Below are positions 61,369 through 64,000 of a stretch of 64,000 nt of DNA, in pieces. The stretch comes from a bacterium (lineage in GTDB: Bacteria > UBA8248). The stretch is taken from NCBI GenBank assembly GCA_965221165.1, contig CBDCRP010000003.1, positions 2,081,924 to 2,145,923 of the forward strand, read 5' to 3'. The stretch's first letter is position 1. The number at the start of each line of letters is the position of its first letter. Made by a program: the position numbers and the translations under genes. The notes beneath the pieces were generated by a model. That model was not told where the DNA came from and ran no database searches. It saw only the letters and a program-made list of their open reading frames with translations.

Positions 61369-61756
61369 GCGGGGGTCTCCTCCGGGAAATAGCAGTCTGC
61401 CGGGCGGTAGGCCACCTGGATACTGCCGAAAAGCGGAAAATTTGACAGCCCGGGGAAACCCTGCTAGGGTTTTTCCATACTTGCAAGACCATGTAAGGTT
61501 GTTAGAGGATTTATCGAACGCCGGAGAGTGGGAATCGCGAACCGGTAACATCGTCTCCTCCAGGACCTTCTTGACCCGTTTCGCCTCCTGGCTGGGGAAC
61601 GCAACCTCCCATCTCTTCGCCTTATTATCCGAGTAAACCGAGAGACCCGGATTAGGGTTTCTGATTTGACGTTGTGATTTGGTTCTGCCCCCGATGGCGG
61701 ATCGCCCGTGCCACGGGGAGCGCAAGTTCTCCTTGGGCGACGATGGAGGGTTGACC

Positions 61757-63094
61757 ATGAAAGAACTCGGATTGAGTCGTCGGAAACTCCTTCGCAATGC
61801 CGCACTGGGAACGGCCGCCCTGGCCTTGCCCGTCTCGCGGGCGACGCCCTCGGCGGCGATGGTGAAAACGCTCAACTTCTACAGTTGGACCTACGGCATC
61901 AGCTTCGTGAAGCAGCGCATCGCCGAATTCGAAAAGCGCGCCAAGGTCAAGATCAACTACGGCAACACGCCCGGCAGCAAGTACCACGACACACTGGTCG
62001 TCAAGTTCACGGGTAAAGCCCCCCTGGACGTCATCTACATGATCGACGGGCATCTCGCCGAATTCGTGGAGGCGGGCTGGCTGTACCCCATCGACGAGTT
62101 CCCGAGGGTGGACGAGTACAGAAAAGAATTCATCGGCCCGACCGCCGAGGCGCTCACCTACGAGGGTAAGCTCTACGGCCTGCCCTACTACGTGGGCCAC
62201 ATGGCGTTCTTGTACAACGAGGAGCATCTGGAGAAAGCGGGCATCGGCGCTCCTCCCAAGACCTGGGACGAGGTGGTCCAGCAGAGTCTCCAGATCAAGA
62301 GCAAGGGGATTCAGGAGTATCCTTTCTTACAGTTCCTGAAAGCCGATTTCTGGATGGGCGAGGTGCTCTTCACCATGATGTACAGCCGGGGCGGGAGGTT
62401 CGTCGACGAGAAATACAACGTCATGAACTACGACAAGGAGGGCTCCGCCGCGGCGCAGTCGATTCAGTGGATCATCGACGCGGCGAAGAAGCACAAGATC
62501 ACGCAGCCCGGCTTCATGGAGCTCAACGAAGTCGCCGCGCTCAAGGCTTTCAGCAGCGGCACGGGCAGTTTCGCCATTCTCCCGAACTACAGGCTGCGGG
62601 CCGCGAACGAACCCAAATCCTCCAAGGTGGCCGGCAAGATCAAGATGGCGCTCATACCCACCGCCAACAACTCCAAGCCACACGTCTGCGGCTGGACGCG
62701 GTGCTACAGCATGACCGCCTCTGCCGCGAAGGACCCCGCGCGCAAGGCGATGGCCTGGAAGATGGTGGACTTCCTGGGCGGCAAGGACAAGTCGGGCACC
62801 TACCGCACCGCGAAGAAGTGGTTCACCGAGTTCGGGCTGGGCTTCGGCCACGCGCCGCTGTTCAAGGACCCCGACATCATCGCGGCGGCGAACAACTGGG
62901 GCGAGGCGAAGCTGTTCGAGAGCCAGATGGCGCTGAGCAAGCCCAAGGACGGGCAGAAGGCCGTCTGGTACGCCGAGTGGGATCAGTACATGCGTCCGCG
63001 CGTCCACAAGGCGATCCTGGGTCAGTCCGACATCGTGGGTACGCTCAAGACCTTGACCAAGCAGTGGAACAGACTTAAACGGCGCTACAGTTAA
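61757..63094 (+). CDS. Carbohydrate-type ABC substrate-binding protein (family 1), Tat signal
   Basis: SRRKLL twin-arginine motif, G.LYGLPY, YN...L.KAGI..PP.TWDE. Confidence 0.88.
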   Translation: MKELGLSRRKLLRNAALGTAALALPVSRATPSAAMVKTLNFYSWTYGISFVKQRIAEFEKRAKVKINYGNTPGSKYHDTLVVKFTGKAPLDVIYMIDGHLAEFVEAGWLYPIDEFPRVDEYRKEFIGPTAEALTYEGKLYGLPYYVGHMAFLYNEEHLEKAGIGAPPKTWDEVVQQSLQIKSKGIQEYPFLQFLKADFWMGEVLFTMMYSRGGRFVDEKYNVMNYDKEGSAAAQSIQWIIDAAKKHKITQPGFMELNEVAALKAFSSGTGSFAILPNYRLRAANEPKSSKVAGKIKMALIPTANNSKPHVCGWTRCYSMTASAAKDPARKAMAWKMVDFLGGKDKSGTYRTAKKWFTEFGLGFGHAPLFKDPDIIAAANNWGEAKLFESQMALSKPKDGQKAVWYAEWDQYMRPRVHKAILGQSDIVGTLKTLTKQWNRLKRRYS

Positions 63095-63181
63095 TCACAG
63101 GTTACCGCCTCCCTCGGCGGTGTGCTGCCGGGGGAGGCGCGATGGAGGTTTTCTTTGGCGAATTCCCTGTCCGCCGAAAGC

Positions 63182-64000
63182 ATGGAACCCGCCGCCGCAA
63201 CGGGTGTGAGAGGCTGGTTCGCCCAGCGTATGCAGACCGAAGGCGGAATTGCGATGTTCTTCGTGGGGCCGGCGCTGCTCCTGATGGTCCTGCTCAACAT
63301 CTATCCCATCCTGCATTCCTTCTACGTGAGCGTCCACGTCTATAACCTGAAGCGGCCCCACAGAAACCCCTACGTGGGTTTTGAGAACTACATCATGTTC
63401 CTGGAGAGCGAGGATTTCTACAACGCGTTCACGAACACGATCGTCTTCGTCGTGGTGTCGGTGATCGCGGTGGCCCTGCTCGGTCTCGTTTTCGCCCTGG
63501 CGCTCAATGAACTGGGCTCCGGTGTTCGCAGGTGGGTGGTGCCGCTCATCCTCGTTCCCTGGGCAGTGCCCTACGTGGCGAACGGCCTCATCTGGGAGTG
63601 GATCTACCATTCCGACTACGGGGTGCTGAACGGGCTTCTGGTCGCCATCGGCGCTATCGACAAATATCAGACATGGCTCAGCAACCCTGCACGCGCTCTC
63701 TACACCCTTGTGAACGCGTTCGTCTGGAAAGAGGTTCCACTCGCCACCGTCTTGTTCCTCACGGCGCTCCAGGCGATCCCCGAGGATCTCTACAGCGCGG
63801 CGAAGGTGGATCAGGCCGGCGCGTCGAGGCGTTTCATGCACATCACCCTGCCTGCGCTCAAACTGGCCTTTCTGCTGGTGCTGGTCTACTCCTCGATCAT
63901 CTCCATCAAGACCTTCGACCTCGTCTACATCCTGACCGAGGGAGGGCCGGGGGACGCGACCGCCCTCGTCTCCTGGTACACCTACGTGGAGACCTTCCGG
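63182..64000 (+). CDS. Carbohydrate ABC transporter permease (partial, runs off window)
   Basis: ATG 63182; YVGFENY, LQAIP.DLY.AAKVD.A EAA-type loop, FDLVY.LT.GGPG. Confidence 0.88.
   Translation, partial: MEPAAATGVRGWFAQRMQTEGGIAMFFVGPALLLMVLLNIYPILHSFYVSVHVYNLKRPHRNPYVGFENYIMFLESEDFYNAFTNTIVFVVVSVIAVALLGLVFALALNELGSGVRRWVVPLILVPWAVPYVANGLIWEWIYHSDYGVLNGLLVAIGAIDKYQTWLSNPARALYTLVNAFVWKEVPLATVLFLTALQAIPEDLYSAAKVDQAGASRRFMHITLPALKLAFLLVLVYSSIISIKTFDLVYILTEGGPGDATALVSWYTYVETFR

Overview
GC-rich bacterial chromosomal window, almost fully coding. Gene content and organisation suggest a Nitrospinota/Tectomicrobia/delta-proteobacteria-like organism (inference only). It carries a complete isc Fe-S operon (iscR-S-U-A-hscB-hscA-fdx-iscX) and the b'-b-delta-alpha-gamma-beta-epsilon part of an F-type ATP synthase operon. 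Housekeeping genes include rsmI, yihA, an endonuclease IV-like gene, trxB, an orphan nuoI, pncB and nrnA. Catabolic and transport genes are numerous: CaiB CoA-transferases, crotonases, LLM oxidoreductases, FAH hydrolases, tandem 2-oxoacid dehydrogenase E1 alpha/beta pairs and ABC transporters. The most notable feature is missed by the ORF track: two adjacent, ATGA-coupled small genes at 20912-21453 each have an in-frame TGA exactly at a CxxC cysteine position, followed by a G-led hairpin. They are putative selenoproteins: a UxxC glutaredoxin/NrdH-like protein and a CxxU tandem LysW-like zinc-ribbon protein that I do not recognise as a known selenoprotein family. They lie about 1.1 kb upstream of thioredoxin reductase. 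Other points of interest are two AT-richer two-gene islands (a putative ART-like toxin with partner, and an ABC-type ATPase with a nuclease-like partner), an amidohydrolase-fold/Rieske pair that may be a dimetal monooxygenase, GTAG-type REP palindromes and an internally deleted hydrolase gene. No rRNA, tRNA, CRISPR array or transposase was recognised. All calls are from motif recognition; no searches were run.
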